Source: Escherichia coli
Lineage (GTDB): Bacteria > Pseudomonadota > Gammaproteobacteria > Enterobacterales > Enterobacteriaceae
Assembly: GCF_050920415.1 (NCBI RefSeq)
Contig: NZ_CP169309.1
Reading direction: 5' to 3' (one strand)
DNA length: 64,000 nt
In this document: one piece after another, positions 1 to 9,786 of the stretch
How the letters are laid out: each line of letters opens with the position of its first letter
Position numbering within the stretch: the stretch's first letter is position 1
Program-made: the position numbers and the translations under genes
Notes under the pieces: model-generated
Database searches by the model: none
What the model was told of the DNA's origin: nothing
The model's input: only the letters and a program-made list of their open reading frames with translations

Positions 1-150
1 GTCCACGGCATGGAAATCCTGGACCCAATAGCGATGGAAAACGCCATAAATGCGATTCCGGGCGTGGTGACTGTTGGCTTATTTGCTAACCGTGGCGCGG
101 ACGTTGCGCTGATTGGCACACCTGACGGTGTCAAAACCATTGTGAAATGA
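1..150 (+). CDS. rpiA: ribose-5-phosphate isomerase A, C-terminal 49 codons (partial, starts before window)
   Basis: Frame 1 translates to ...[29 protein letters not shown] then TGA at 148-150; recognised as RpiA C-terminus; position upstream of serA as in E. coli. Confidence 0.85.
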
Positions 151-405
151 TCTGACGGGGGAATCTCCCCCGTTAAAAAAATTCTCTTCGTTAAATTTGG
201 TGACATGTGTCACGTTTTTACCTGGCTATTGTCGATTGCTCTAAATAAATCCTCTAATCCAGCATATTCATCCAAGAAAAACCTTTGCGTGATATTTCCT
301 CAACATCGCGACGCAAACGTTCATATTGCCGCAATATTATTTTTTGATATGTTGAAAGGCGGATGCAAATCCGCACACAACATTTCAAAAGACAGGATTG
401 GGTAA

Positions 406-1638
406 ATGGCAAAGGTATCGCTGGAGAAAGACAAGATTAAGTTTCTGCTGGTAGAAGGCGTGCACCAAAAGGCGCTTGAAAGCCTTCGTGCAGCGGGTTA
501 CACCAACATCGAATTTCACAAAGGCGCGCTGGATGATGAACAATTAAAAGAATCCATCCGCGATGCCCACTTCATCGGCCTGCGATCCCGTACCCATCTG
601 ACTGAAGACGTGATCAACGCCGCAGAAAAACTGGTCGCTATTGGCTGTTTCTGTATCGGAACAAACCAGGTTGATCTGGATGCAGCTGCAAAACGCGGGA
701 TCCCGGTATTTAACGCACCGTTCTCTAATACGCGCTCTGTTGCGGAGCTGGTAATTGGCGAACTTCTGCTGCTATTGCGCGGCGTACCGGAAGCCAACGC
801 TAAAGCGCACCGTGGTGTCTGGAACAAGCTGGCAGCTGGCTCTTTTGAAGCGCGCGGCAAAAAGCTGGGTATCATCGGCTATGGTCATATTGGTACACAG
901 TTGGGCATTCTGGCTGAATCGCTGGGAATGTATGTTTACTTTTATGATATTGAAAACAAACTACCGCTGGGCAACGCCACTCAGGTACAGCATCTTTCTG
1001 ATCTGCTGAATATGAGCGATGTGGTGAGTTTGCATGTGCCAGAGAATCCGTCCACCAAAAATATGATGGGCGCGAAAGAGATTTCGCTAATGAAGCCCGG
1101 CTCGTTGCTGATTAATGCCTCGCGCGGAACGGTGGTGGATATTCCGGCGCTGTGTGACGCGCTGGCGAGCAAACACCTGGCAGGTGCGGCAATCGATGTC
1201 TTTCCGACGGAACCGGCGACCAACAGCGATCCGTTTACTTCGCCGCTTTGCGAGTTCGACAACGTCCTTCTGACGCCACATATTGGCGGTTCGACTCAGG
1301 AAGCACAGGAGAATATCGGCCTGGAAGTTGCGGGTAAATTGATCAAGTATTCTGACAATGGCTCAACGCTCTCTGCGGTGAACTTCCCGGAAGTCTCGCT
1401 GCCACTGCACGGTGGGCGTCGTCTGATGCACATCCACGAAAACCGTCCGGGCGTGCTGACTGCGCTGAACAAAATCTTTGCCGAGCAGGGCGTTAACATC
1501 GCCGCGCAATATCTGCAAACTTCCGCCCAGATGGGTTATGTGGTTATCGATATTGAAGCTGATGAAGACGTTGCCGAAAAAGCGCTGCAGGCAATGAAAG
1601 TTATTCCGGGCACCATTCGCGCCCGTCTGCTGTACTAA
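406..1638 (+). CDS. serA: D-3-phosphoglycerate dehydrogenase
   Basis: 410 aa ORF from track; recognised SerA sequence with NAD-binding GxGxxG (GIIGYGHIG) and C-terminal ACT domain. Confidence 0.97.
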   Translation: MAKVSLEKDKIKFLLVEGVHQKALESLRAAGYTNIEFHKGALDDEQLKESIRDAHFIGLRSRTHLTEDVINAAEKLVAIGCFCIGTNQVDLDAAAKRGIPVFNAPFSNTRSVAELVIGELLLLLRGVPEANAKAHRGVWNKLAAGSFEARGKKLGIIGYGHIGTQLGILAESLGMYVYFYDIENKLPLGNATQVQHLSDLLNMSDVVSLHVPENPSTKNMMGAKEISLMKPGSLLINASRGTVVDIPALCDALASKHLAGAAIDVFPTEPATNSDPFTSPLCEFDNVLLTPHIGGSTQEAQENIGLEVAGKLIKYSDNGSTLSAVNFPEVSLPLHGGRRLMHIHENRPGVLTALNKIFAEQGVNIAAQYLQTSAQMGYVVIDIEADEDVAEKALQAMKVIPGTIRARLLY

Positions 1639-1659
1639 TTCCCCTTCTCTGAAAATTAA

Positions 1660-1689
1660 CGGGCAGGTCACTGACTTGCCCGTTTTTTT
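1660..1689 (+). terminator. Rho-independent terminator after serA
   Basis: GC stem cgggcaggtcactgacttgcccg followed by T7 run, 20 nt after serA stop. Confidence 0.6.
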
Positions 1690-1824
1690 ATCCCTTTTCC
1701 CGCGCATGTCACTGCCATTTGTAGTGCGCTGCAATTGCCTTTGCGAGTCTGCTCGAAGAAATAAATTAAAGCCAGATCAATGCGTTGTGCTTATTTAAAG
1801 AGAGTTTACGATGGCAGGGCAGCA

Positions 1825-1965
1825 TGGGGCTGTAACGGTAAAGCCCTCACCGAAGCGAGGGCTTGAAGGAGAAGGGTTATGATGCGACTCGTCATCATAC
1901 TGATTGTACTGTTACTCATAAGTTTCCCAGCTTATTAACAGTCAGTCACAGGGGAGGAGCAATCC
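1825..1965 (-). ncRNA. sibC: SibC antisense sRNA (antitoxin of ibsC); ends approximate
   Basis: Established knowledge that Sib RNAs are about 140 nt and fully antisense to the ibs ORF; boundaries not determinable from sequence alone; hairpin aagccctcgcttcggtgagggctt on minus strand near 1840-1863. Confidence 0.45.
1879..1938 (+). CDS. ibsC: Ibs-family type I toxin, 19 aa hydrophobic peptide
   Basis: ATG ATG CGA ... TAT TAA encodes MMRLVIILIVLLLISFPAY; SD-like gaaggagaaggg upstream; matches Ibs toxin family and the known serA-ygfA intergenic location of ibsC/sibC; not in ORF track (too short). Confidence 0.75.
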   Translation: MMRLVIILIVLLLISFPAY

Positions 1966-2038
1966 TCCCTTACCCTTACTCACTAAATTAGGTCAAAGAA
2001 TCAACGATGTCAATCAGGGCGATGCAGGTGTGTCGCCC

Positions 2039-2587
2039 TCACCACTCCCAGACTTTCGACGGCGTAACTACTGCAGGAAGTGGAATATCCCACTCTTCAA
2101 CGGGGAGTTTTTCTACCAACTGACAATCATGCGCATAACCCACCGGTTGCATTTGATAGCGCTGCCAGTTTTGTAAGGTCCGATCATAAAAACCACCGCC
2201 CATTCCCAGGCGCTGACCGTACTCATCAAAGGCGACCAGCGGTGTGATCAACACGTCTAATCGGGAAAGGGGTAGCACGTCACGCACATCCAGTTTTGGC
2301 TCATGGATCTTCAACCTGTTCATCACCAGTTCGCTTTGCGGATGGTAATTCAGGAACAGCAAATTACCGGCACTAAAGGGATGCAAAACTGGAAGATATA
2401 CGCGCTTACCGGCGCGCCAGAGTTGTTCTATGAGTGGCTGGGTGTCGAGTTCGCCATCAAAAGAGAGGAATACAGCGACCGTATGCGCCATCACCACCGG
2501 GGGATACGTCATCATCCGGGTAGCAGCTTGTTGACCCATTTCTTGCTGTTGTTTCGGCGTTAACGCACGACGACGTTGCCGAATCAT
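2039..2587 (-). CDS. ygfA: 5-formyltetrahydrofolate cyclo-ligase
   Basis: Track ORF 2039..2641; start trimmed to MIRQRRRALTP (18 codons in) to match the 182 aa E. coli Fau/YgfA protein; lies downstream of ssrS in the same transcript direction. Confidence 0.88.
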   Translation of the reverse strand: MIRQRRRALTPKQQQEMGQQAATRMMTYPPVVMAHTVAVFLSFDGELDTQPLIEQLWRAGKRVYLPVLHPFSAGNLLFLNYHPQSELVMNRLKIHEPKLDVRDVLPLSRLDVLITPLVAFDEYGQRLGMGGGFYDRTLQNWQRYQMQPVGYAHDCQLVEKLPVEEWDIPLPAVVTPSKVWEW

Positions 2588-2659
2588 TTTGCGGATTTCT
2601 TGTCGAGATAATGTCAGTGGGATTTCTGGTAGTTGCGTCATGGCTGGTGCCAGATAAGA

Positions 2660-2845
2660 AGGGAATCTCCGAGATGCCGCCGCAGGCTGTAACCCTTGAA
2701 CCCTTGGTTCAAGGTGAATGTGTCGTCACAGTTTTAAGGCTTCTCGGACGGACCGAGCATGCTCACCAACCGCGGAGCGCCACATTCTTGTGGTATGAAA
2801 TATCGGCTCAGGGGACTGGCCCGCTTGCGAACATCTCAGAGAAAT
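2660..2845 (-). ncRNA. ssrS: 6S RNA (RNA polymerase sigma-70 holoenzyme regulator)
   Basis: Minus-strand sequence reads AUUUCUCUGAGAUGUUCGCAAGCGGGCCAGUCCCCUGAGCC...CAUCUCGGAGAUUCCCU, recognised as E. coli 6S RNA; between zapA and ygfA as in K-12; ends within about 2 nt. Confidence 0.95.
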
Positions 2846-2886
2846 TTTGTCTTCACGGTTACTCTACCACAGTAAACCGAAAAGTG

Positions 2887-3282
<396 letters not shown>

Positions 3283-3383
3283 CTATAGCTACCCTGATGA
3301 GAAGAGACAAGCCCTTTTCTGGTCCACCAGGGCCCAAAGTGGTAGCATATCATGAATATTCCTCCCTTTGACGACGAATGCTT

Positions 3384-3962
3384 ATGTCTATACAGAACGA
3401 AATGCCTGGTTACAACGAAATGAACCAGTATCTGAACCAACAAGGGACGGGTCTGACCCCTGCTGAGATGCATGGTTTAATCAGTGGGATGATATGTGGT
3501 GGTAACGATGACAGCTCATGGCTGCCACTGCTTCACGACCTGACGAACGAAGGCATGGCTTTCGGTCATGAGCTGGCACAGGCATTGCGCAAAATGCACT
3601 CTGCTACCAGCGATGCCCTGCAGGATGACGGCTTCCTTTTTCAGCTTTATCTGCCTGATGGCGATGATGTCAGCGTTTTCGATCGGGCTGATGCGCTGGC
3701 AGGTTGGGTTAATCACTTCCTGCTTGGTCTTGGCGTTACGCAACCGAAGCTGGACAAGGTGACCGGCGAAACCGGTGAAGCCATCGACGATCTGCGTAAC
3801 ATCGCGCAGCTGGGCTACGACGAAGACGAAGATCAGGAAGAGCTGGAAATGTCGCTTGAAGAGATCATCGAGTACGTCCGTGTTGCCGCGCTGTTATGCC
3901 ACGACACCTTTACTCATCCGCAACCGACCGCGCCAGAAGTACAAAAACCGACTCTACACTAA
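3384..3962 (+). CDS. ygfB: UPF0149 family protein YgfB
   Basis: Track ORF 3378..3962; second ATG at 3384 gives [17 protein letters not shown]... matching the 192 aa YgfB. Confidence 0.9.
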
Positions 3963-3987
3963 AAACAAAAAACGTAAGGAGAGTGTT

Positions 3988-5313
3988 ATGAGTGAGATAT
4001 CCCGGCAAGAGTTTCAGCGTCGCCGTCAGGCCCTGGTGGAGCAAATGCAACCCGGCAGCGCCGCGCTGATTTTTGCTGCACCAGAAGTAACACGTAGCGC
4101 CGACAGCGAATACCCCTATCGTCAGAACAGTGACTTCTGGTACTTCACCGGCTTTAACGAACCGGAAGCGGTGCTGGTGCTGATTAAAAGCGACGACACT
4201 CATAACCACAGCGTTTTGTTTAACCGCGTTCGCGACCTGACGGCAGAGATCTGGTTTGGTCGTCGCCTAGGCCAGGATGCCGCGCCAGAGAAACTGGGCG
4301 TTGACCGCGCACTGGCATTCAGCGAAATCAATCAGCAACTTTATCAACTACTTAATGGTCTGGATGTGGTGTACCACGCCCAGGGCGAATATGCATATGC
4401 TGATGAAATCGTGAACAGCGCGCTGGAAAAACTGCGTAAAGGTTCGCGACAAAATCTCACCGCACCGGCAACGATGATCGACTGGCGTCCCATTGTTCAT
4501 GAAATGCGCCTGTTCAAATCACCAGAAGAGATTGCCGTACTTCGCCGCGCGGGGGAAATCACCGCCCTGGCGCATACCCGGGCGATGGAAAAATGCCGTC
4601 CGGGAATGTTCGAGTACCACCTGGAAGGCGAAATTCACCACGAATTTAACCGCCACGGTGCGCGCTATCCTTCCTATAACACCATTGTCGGCAGCGGTGA
4701 AAACGGCTGCATTCTGCACTACACCGAAAACGAGTGTGAACTGCGTGACGGTGACCTGGTGTTGATTGACGCGGGTTGTGAATACAAAGGTTACGCTGGC
4801 GATATTACCCGCACCTTCCCGGTTAACGGTAAATTCACTCAGGCTCAGCGTGAAATCTACGACATTGTGCTGGAGTCTCTTGAAACCAGCCTGCGCCTGT
4901 ATCGTCCGGGAACGTCCATTCAGGAAGTCACCGGTGAAGTGGTGCGCATCATGGTTAGCGGCCTGGTAAAAATCGGCATCCTGAAAGGTGATGTTGAAGA
5001 ACTGATCGCCCAAAACGCCCATCGTCCTTTCTTTATGCATGGCCTTAGCCACTGGTTAGGTCTGGATGTCCATGATGTTGGCATTTATGGTCAGGATCGC
5101 TCGCGCATTCTGGAACCGGGCATGGTACTGACCGTAGAGCCGGGGCTGTACATTGCGCCGGATGCGGATGTACCAGAACAATATCGCGGTATCGGCATTC
5201 GTATCGAAGACGACATTGTGATTACCGAAACCGGCAATGAAAACCTCACCGCCAGCGTAGTGAAAAAGCCGGGAGAAATTGAAGCGTTGATGGCTGCTGC
5301 GAGAAAGCAATGA
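3988..5313 (+). CDS. pepP: Xaa-Pro aminopeptidase (aminopeptidase P II)
   Basis: Track ORF 3775..5313 is an N-terminally extended frame; real start at ATG 3988 (MSEISRQEFQRRRQAL...) preceded by aaggagag SD; 441 aa; metal-binding M24 motifs (HGLSHWLGLDVHD). Confidence 0.95.
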   Translation: MSEISRQEFQRRRQALVEQMQPGSAALIFAAPEVTRSADSEYPYRQNSDFWYFTGFNEPEAVLVLIKSDDTHNHSVLFNRVRDLTAEIWFGRRLGQDAAPEKLGVDRALAFSEINQQLYQLLNGLDVVYHAQGEYAYADEIVNSALEKLRKGSRQNLTAPATMIDWRPIVHEMRLFKSPEEIAVLRRAGEITALAHTRAMEKCRPGMFEYHLEGEIHHEFNRHGARYPSYNTIVGSGENGCILHYTENECELRDGDLVLIDAGCEYKGYAGDITRTFPVNGKFTQAQREIYDIVLESLETSLRLYRPGTSIQEVTGEVVRIMVSGLVKIGILKGDVEELIAQNAHRPFFMHGLSHWLGLDVHDVGIYGQDRSRILEPGMVLTVEPGLYIAPDADVPEQYRGIGIRIEDDIVITETGNENLTASVVKKPGEIEALMAAARKQ

Positions 5314-6488
5314 GCGTAATCATCGTCGGTGGCGGCATGGCGGGCGCGACGCTGGCGCTGGCTATTTCCCGGTTAAGTCACGGGGCGCTGCCGGTACATT
5401 TGATTGAAGCGACCGCGCCAGAGTCTCATGCTCATCCGGGCTTTGATGGACGAGCGATAGCGCTGGCGGCGGGCACCTGTCAGCAACTGGCGCGCATCGG
5501 CGTCTGGCAATCTCTGGCAGATTGCGCAACCAACATCACTACCGTTCATGTCAGCGATCGTGGTCATGCCGGATTCGTCACCCTCGCCGCAGAAGATTAC
5601 CAACTGGCGGCGTTGGGGCAGGTTGTCGAATTGCATAATGTCGGGCAACGGCTGTTTGCGCTATTGCGCAAAGCGCCTGGCGTAACGCTGCATTGTCCGG
5701 ATCGCGTGGCTAACGTTGCCCGTACTCAGAGTCACGTTGAAGTGACGCTGGAGAGTGGCGAGACGCTGACGGGCTGCGTGCTGGTAGCCGCTGATGGCAC
5801 CCATTCCGCGTTAGCCACCGCGTGCGGTGTTGACTGGCAGCAGGAGCCTTACGAACAACTGGCCGTGATTGCGAACGTTGCGACTTCCGTTGCGCACGAA
5901 GGCCGGGCGTTTGAGCGTTTCACACAATATGGCCCGTTGGCGATGTTGCCGATGTCTGACGGACGCTGTTCGCTGGTCTGGTGTCATCCACTGGAACGGC
6001 GCGAAGAGGTGCTGTCGTGGAGCGACGAGACGTTTTGCCGTGAACTCCAGTCGGCCTTTGGTTGGCGACTTGGGAAAATTACCCACGCTGGTAAACGCAG
6101 TGCTTACCCGCTGGCGTTAACCCGCGCCGCCAGACCTGTTACCCATCGTACCGTGCTGGTGGGCAATGCGGCGCAAACTCTGCACCCGATTGCCGGGCAA
6201 GGGTTCAACCTCGGTATGCGGGATGTGATGAGCCTTGCGGAAACCCTGACTCAGGCGCAAGAGCGCGGAGAAGACATAGGTGATTACGGCGTCTTGTGCC
6301 GTTATCAGCAGCGTCGACAGAGCGATCGAGAAGCAACCATCGGCGTCACTGACAGCCTTGTACATCTTTTTGCCAACCGTTGGACGCCGCTGGTTGTCGG
6401 GCGCAACATCGGGCTGATGGCAATGGAATTATTCACTCCGGCACGCGATGTGCTGGCGCAGCGCACCCTCGGTTGGGTGGCGCGTTAA
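5310..6488 (+). CDS. ubiH: 2-octaprenyl-6-methoxyphenol hydroxylase (FAD-dependent)
   Basis: 392 aa; N-terminal FAD fold GGGMAGATLA; start overlaps pepP stop (ATGA). Confidence 0.95.
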   Translation: MSVIIVGGGMAGATLALAISRLSHGALPVHLIEATAPESHAHPGFDGRAIALAAGTCQQLARIGVWQSLADCATNITTVHVSDRGHAGFVTLAAEDYQLAALGQVVELHNVGQRLFALLRKAPGVTLHCPDRVANVARTQSHVEVTLESGETLTGCVLVAADGTHSALATACGVDWQQEPYEQLAVIANVATSVAHEGRAFERFTQYGPLAMLPMSDGRCSLVWCHPLERREEVLSWSDETFCRELQSAFGWRLGKITHAGKRSAYPLALTRAARPVTHRTVLVGNAAQTLHPIAGQGFNLGMRDVMSLAETLTQAQERGEDIGDYGVLCRYQQRRQSDREATIGVTDSLVHLFANRWTPLVVGRNIGLMAMELFTPARDVLAQRTLGWVAR

Positions 6489-6510
6489 AGGCGGCTTTAA
6501 GGAATAAACA

Positions 6511-7713
6511 ATGCAAAGTGTTGATGTAGCCATTGTTGGCGGCGGCATGGTGGGGCTGGCGGTTGCCTGCGGCTTGCAGGGCAGCGGCTTACGCGTTGCC
6601 GTACTGGAGCAGCGCGTACCGGAACCCCTGGCGGCGGATGCACCACCACAACTGCGCGTTTCGGCTATCAATGCCGCCAGCGAAAAATTACTCACCCGTC
6701 TTGGCGTCTGGCAGGAGATTCTCTCCCGCAGAGCCAGTTGCTATCACGGCATGGATGTGTGGGACAAAGACAGTTTTGGTCACATTTCGTTTGACGATCA
6801 AAGCATGGGCTATAGCCATCTTGGGCATATCGTTGAAAATTCAGTCATTCACTACGCGCTGTGGAACAAAGCACAGCAGTCCTCAGATATCAGCCTGTTA
6901 GCCCCTGCAGAATTACAGCAGGTCGCCTGGGGAGAGAACGAAACCTTCCTGACGCTGAAAGACGGCAGCATGTTAACGGCGCGTCTGGTGATTGGCGCAG
7001 ACGGCGCTAATTCCTGGTTGCGCAACAAAGCCGATATTCCGCTGACTTTCTGGGATTATCAGCATCACGCGCTGGTGGCGACCATTCGCACGGAAGAACC
7101 GCATGATGCGGTGGCGCGACAGGTTTTCCATGGCGAAGGCATTCTGGCCTTTTTGCCGCTTAGCGATCCGCATCTTTGCTCAATTGTCTGGTCACTGTCG
7201 CCAGAGGAAGCACAGCGGATGCAGCAGGCAGGCGAAGACGAATTTAACCGCGAGTTAAATATCGCTTTTGATAATCGCCTGGGCTTATGCAGGGTTGAGA
7301 GTGAACGTCTGGTGTTCCCGCTGACTGGGCGTTATGCGCGCCAGTTTGCCGCGCACCGTCTGGCGCTGGTGGGCGACGCCGCGCATACCATTCACCCGTT
7401 GGCGGGGCAGGGGGTGAATCTCGGCTTTATGGATGCTGCAGAGCTGATTGCTGAACTGAAACGGTTGCATCGTCAGGGTAAAGACATCGGGCAGTACATT
7501 TACCTGCGTCGCTATGAGCGTAGCCGCAAGCACAGTGCGGCGCTGATGCTGGCAGGTATGCAGGGATTCCGCGATCTGTTTTCCGGGGCTCATCCGGCGA
7601 AAAAACTGCTGCGTGATATTGGCCTGAAACTGGCCGACACGCTTCCTGGCGTTAAACCACAACTTATCCGTCAGGCAATGGGATTAAACGATTTGCCTGA
7701 ATGGCTGCGCTAA
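6511..7713 (+). CDS. ubiI: 2-octaprenylphenol hydroxylase (FAD-dependent), UbiI/VisC
   Basis: 400 aa; paralogous to ubiH with GGGMVGLAVA FAD motif; follows ubiH as in E. coli. Confidence 0.95.
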   Translation: MQSVDVAIVGGGMVGLAVACGLQGSGLRVAVLEQRVPEPLAADAPPQLRVSAINAASEKLLTRLGVWQEILSRRASCYHGMDVWDKDSFGHISFDDQSMGYSHLGHIVENSVIHYALWNKAQQSSDISLLAPAELQQVAWGENETFLTLKDGSMLTARLVIGADGANSWLRNKADIPLTFWDYQHHALVATIRTEEPHDAVARQVFHGEGILAFLPLSDPHLCSIVWSLSPEEAQRMQQAGEDEFNRELNIAFDNRLGLCRVESERLVFPLTGRYARQFAAHRLALVGDAAHTIHPLAGQGVNLGFMDAAELIAELKRLHRQGKDIGQYIYLRRYERSRKHSAALMLAGMQGFRDLFSGAHPAKKLLRDIGLKLADTLPGVKPQLIRQAMGLNDLPEWLR

Positions 7714-7756
7714 AAATTTCTCTTCTGCTGTTTATTTGATACCCATCACACTTTCA

Positions 7757-7786
7757 TCTCCCGGTTTTTTCGCCGGGAGATTTTCC
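7757..7786 (+). terminator. Rho-independent terminator after ubiI
   Basis: Hairpin tctcccgg-ttttttcg-ccgggaga followed by ttttcc. Confidence 0.6.
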
Positions 7787-7799
7787 TCATTTGAAATAA

Positions 7800-8160
7800 A
7801 CTAATTTCACCTCCGTTTTCGCATTATATTTTCTAATGTCACGAATTTTTGATTTGGTGTTTTTTGACATTTTTTCAGTTCTTAATGTTGCCTTATTCAA
7901 ATTAACTTTCTCATCTAATTATCTTTGTATAGAGATTGGTTCTTTTTTTGGTTTTTTATTCTGTTGCGATTTTGGCGTTTTTTAACCATAAGCTAATGTG
8001 ATGATCAATTTTACCTTATGGTTAACAGGCTGTTTCGGTGGTAAGTTCAGGGAAAAGAGAACGATTGCGTTGGGGACCGGGAGTGGCTCCGATGCTGGGT
8101 TTCGTGGTGATAATTTCACCATGAAAAAGTTGTCAGCCCCGCTTATTCAATGAGGACAAG
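7800..8160 (+). promoter_or_regulatory. gcvTHP upstream control region (extended AT-rich regulatory DNA)
   Basis: About 360 bp of AT-rich non-coding DNA directly upstream of gcvT; from established knowledge the gcv promoter is controlled by GcvA, Lrp, PurR and CRP binding far upstream; individual sites not mapped here. Confidence 0.5.
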
Positions 8161-9255
8161 ATGGCACAACAGACTCCTTTGTACGAACAACACACGCTTT
8201 GCGGCGCTCGCATGGTGGATTTCCACGGCTGGATGATGCCGCTGCATTACGGTTCGCAAATCGACGAACATCATGCGGTACGTACCGATGCCGGAATGTT
8301 TGATGTGTCACATATGACCATCGTCGATCTTCGCGGTAGTCGCACCCGGGAGTTTCTGCGTTATCTGCTGGCGAACGATGTGGCGAAGCTCACCAAAAGC
8401 GGCAAAGCCCTCTACTCGGGGATGTTGAATGCCTCTGGCGGTGTGATAGATGACCTCATCGTCTACTACTTTACTGAAGATTTCTTCCGCCTCGTTGTTA
8501 ACTCCGCCACCCGCGAAAAAGACCTCTCCTGGATTACCCAACACGCTGAACCTTTCGGCATTGAAATTACCGTTCGTGATGACCTCTCCATGATTGCCGT
8601 ACAAGGGCCGAATGCGCAGGCAAAAGCTGCCACACTGTTTAATGATGCTCAGCGTCAGGCGGTGGAAGGGATGAAACCCTTCTTTGGCGTGCAGGCGGGC
8701 GATCTGTTTATTGCCACCACCGGTTATACCGGTGAAGGGGGCTACGAAATTGCGCTGCCCAATGAAAAAGCGGCGGATTTCTGGCGAGCGCTGGTGGAAG
8801 CGGGCGTTAAGCCCTGCGGTCTGGGCGCGCGTGACACGCTGCGTCTGGAAGCGGGTATGAATCTTTATGGTCAGGAGATGGACGAAACCATTTCTCCTTT
8901 AGCAGCCAACATGGGCTGGACCATCGCCTGGGAACCGACTGATCGTGACTTTATCGGTCGTGAAGCTCTGGAAGCGCAGCGTGAACATGGCACAGAAAAA
9001 CTGGTTGGTCTGGTGATGACCGAAAAAGGCGTGCTGCGTAATGAACTGCCGGTACGTTTTACCGATGCGCAGGGCAATCAGCATGAAGGCATTATCACCA
9101 GCGGTACTTTCTCCCCGACGTTGGGTTACAGCATTGCGCTGGCACGCGTGCCGGAAGGTATTGGCGAAACGGCGATTGTGCAAATTCGCAACCGTGAAAT
9201 GCCGGTAAAAGTGACGAAACCTGTTTTTGTGCGTAACGGCAAAGCCGTCGCGTGA
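8161..9255 (+). CDS. gcvT: glycine cleavage system T protein (aminomethyltransferase)
   Basis: 364 aa ORF recognised as GcvT. Confidence 0.97.
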
Positions 9256-9278
9256 TTTACTTTTTTGGAGATTAATTG

Positions 9279-9668
9279 ATGAGCAACGTACCAGCAGAAC
9301 TGAAATACAGCAAAGAACACGAATGGCTGCGTAAAGAAGCCGACGGCACTTACACTGTTGGCATCACTGAGCACGCTCAGGAGCTGTTAGGCGATATGGT
9401 GTTTGTTGACCTGCCGGAAGTGGGCGCTACGGTAAGCGCGGGCGATGACTGCGCGGTTGCCGAATCGGTAAAAGCGGCGTCAGACATTTATGCGCCAGTA
9501 AGCGGTGAAATCGTGGCGGTAAACGACGCACTGAGCGATTCTCCGGAACTGGTGAACAGCGAACCGTATGCAGGCGGCTGGATCTTTAAAATAAAAGCCA
9601 GCGATGAAAGCGAACTGGAATCACTGCTGGATGCGACCGCATACGAAGCATTGTTAGAAGACGAGTAA
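9279..9668 (+). CDS. gcvH: glycine cleavage system H protein (lipoyl carrier)
   Basis: Track ORF starts at TTG 9276; ATG at 9279 gives the 129 aa protein [17 protein letters not shown]...; lipoyl-lysine motif region ESVKAASD. Confidence 0.97.
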
Positions 9669-9786
9669 CGGCTTTATTCCTCTTCTGCGGAAGAGGATTA
9701 GGGTGAGGAACATTTACGCCTCACCCTCACTCTCTTCGCAAGGAGAGAGGTTCACAATTCACTGCACGTTTCAGGAACCATCGCTC

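Noticed and set aside
155-173. Hairpin acggggg-aatc-tcccccgt right after rpiA stop as a terminator
   Set aside because: Followed by an A-run rather than a T-run on the plus strand, so not a convincing intrinsic terminator for rpiA; may be structural or a minus-strand element.
205-405. 66 aa ORF between rpiA and serA
   Set aside because: Lies in the serA promoter/leader region; no SD; more likely regulatory DNA than a gene.
3775-3987. N-terminal extension of the pepP ORF (start at 3775) and similar long-frame extensions of gcvP, ygfA, guaD, xanQ, uacT, xdhA, ygfZ, hyuA and bglA
   Set aside because: Extensions are basic/low-complexity, overlap the upstream gene or lack an SD, and the internal starts reproduce the known protein lengths.
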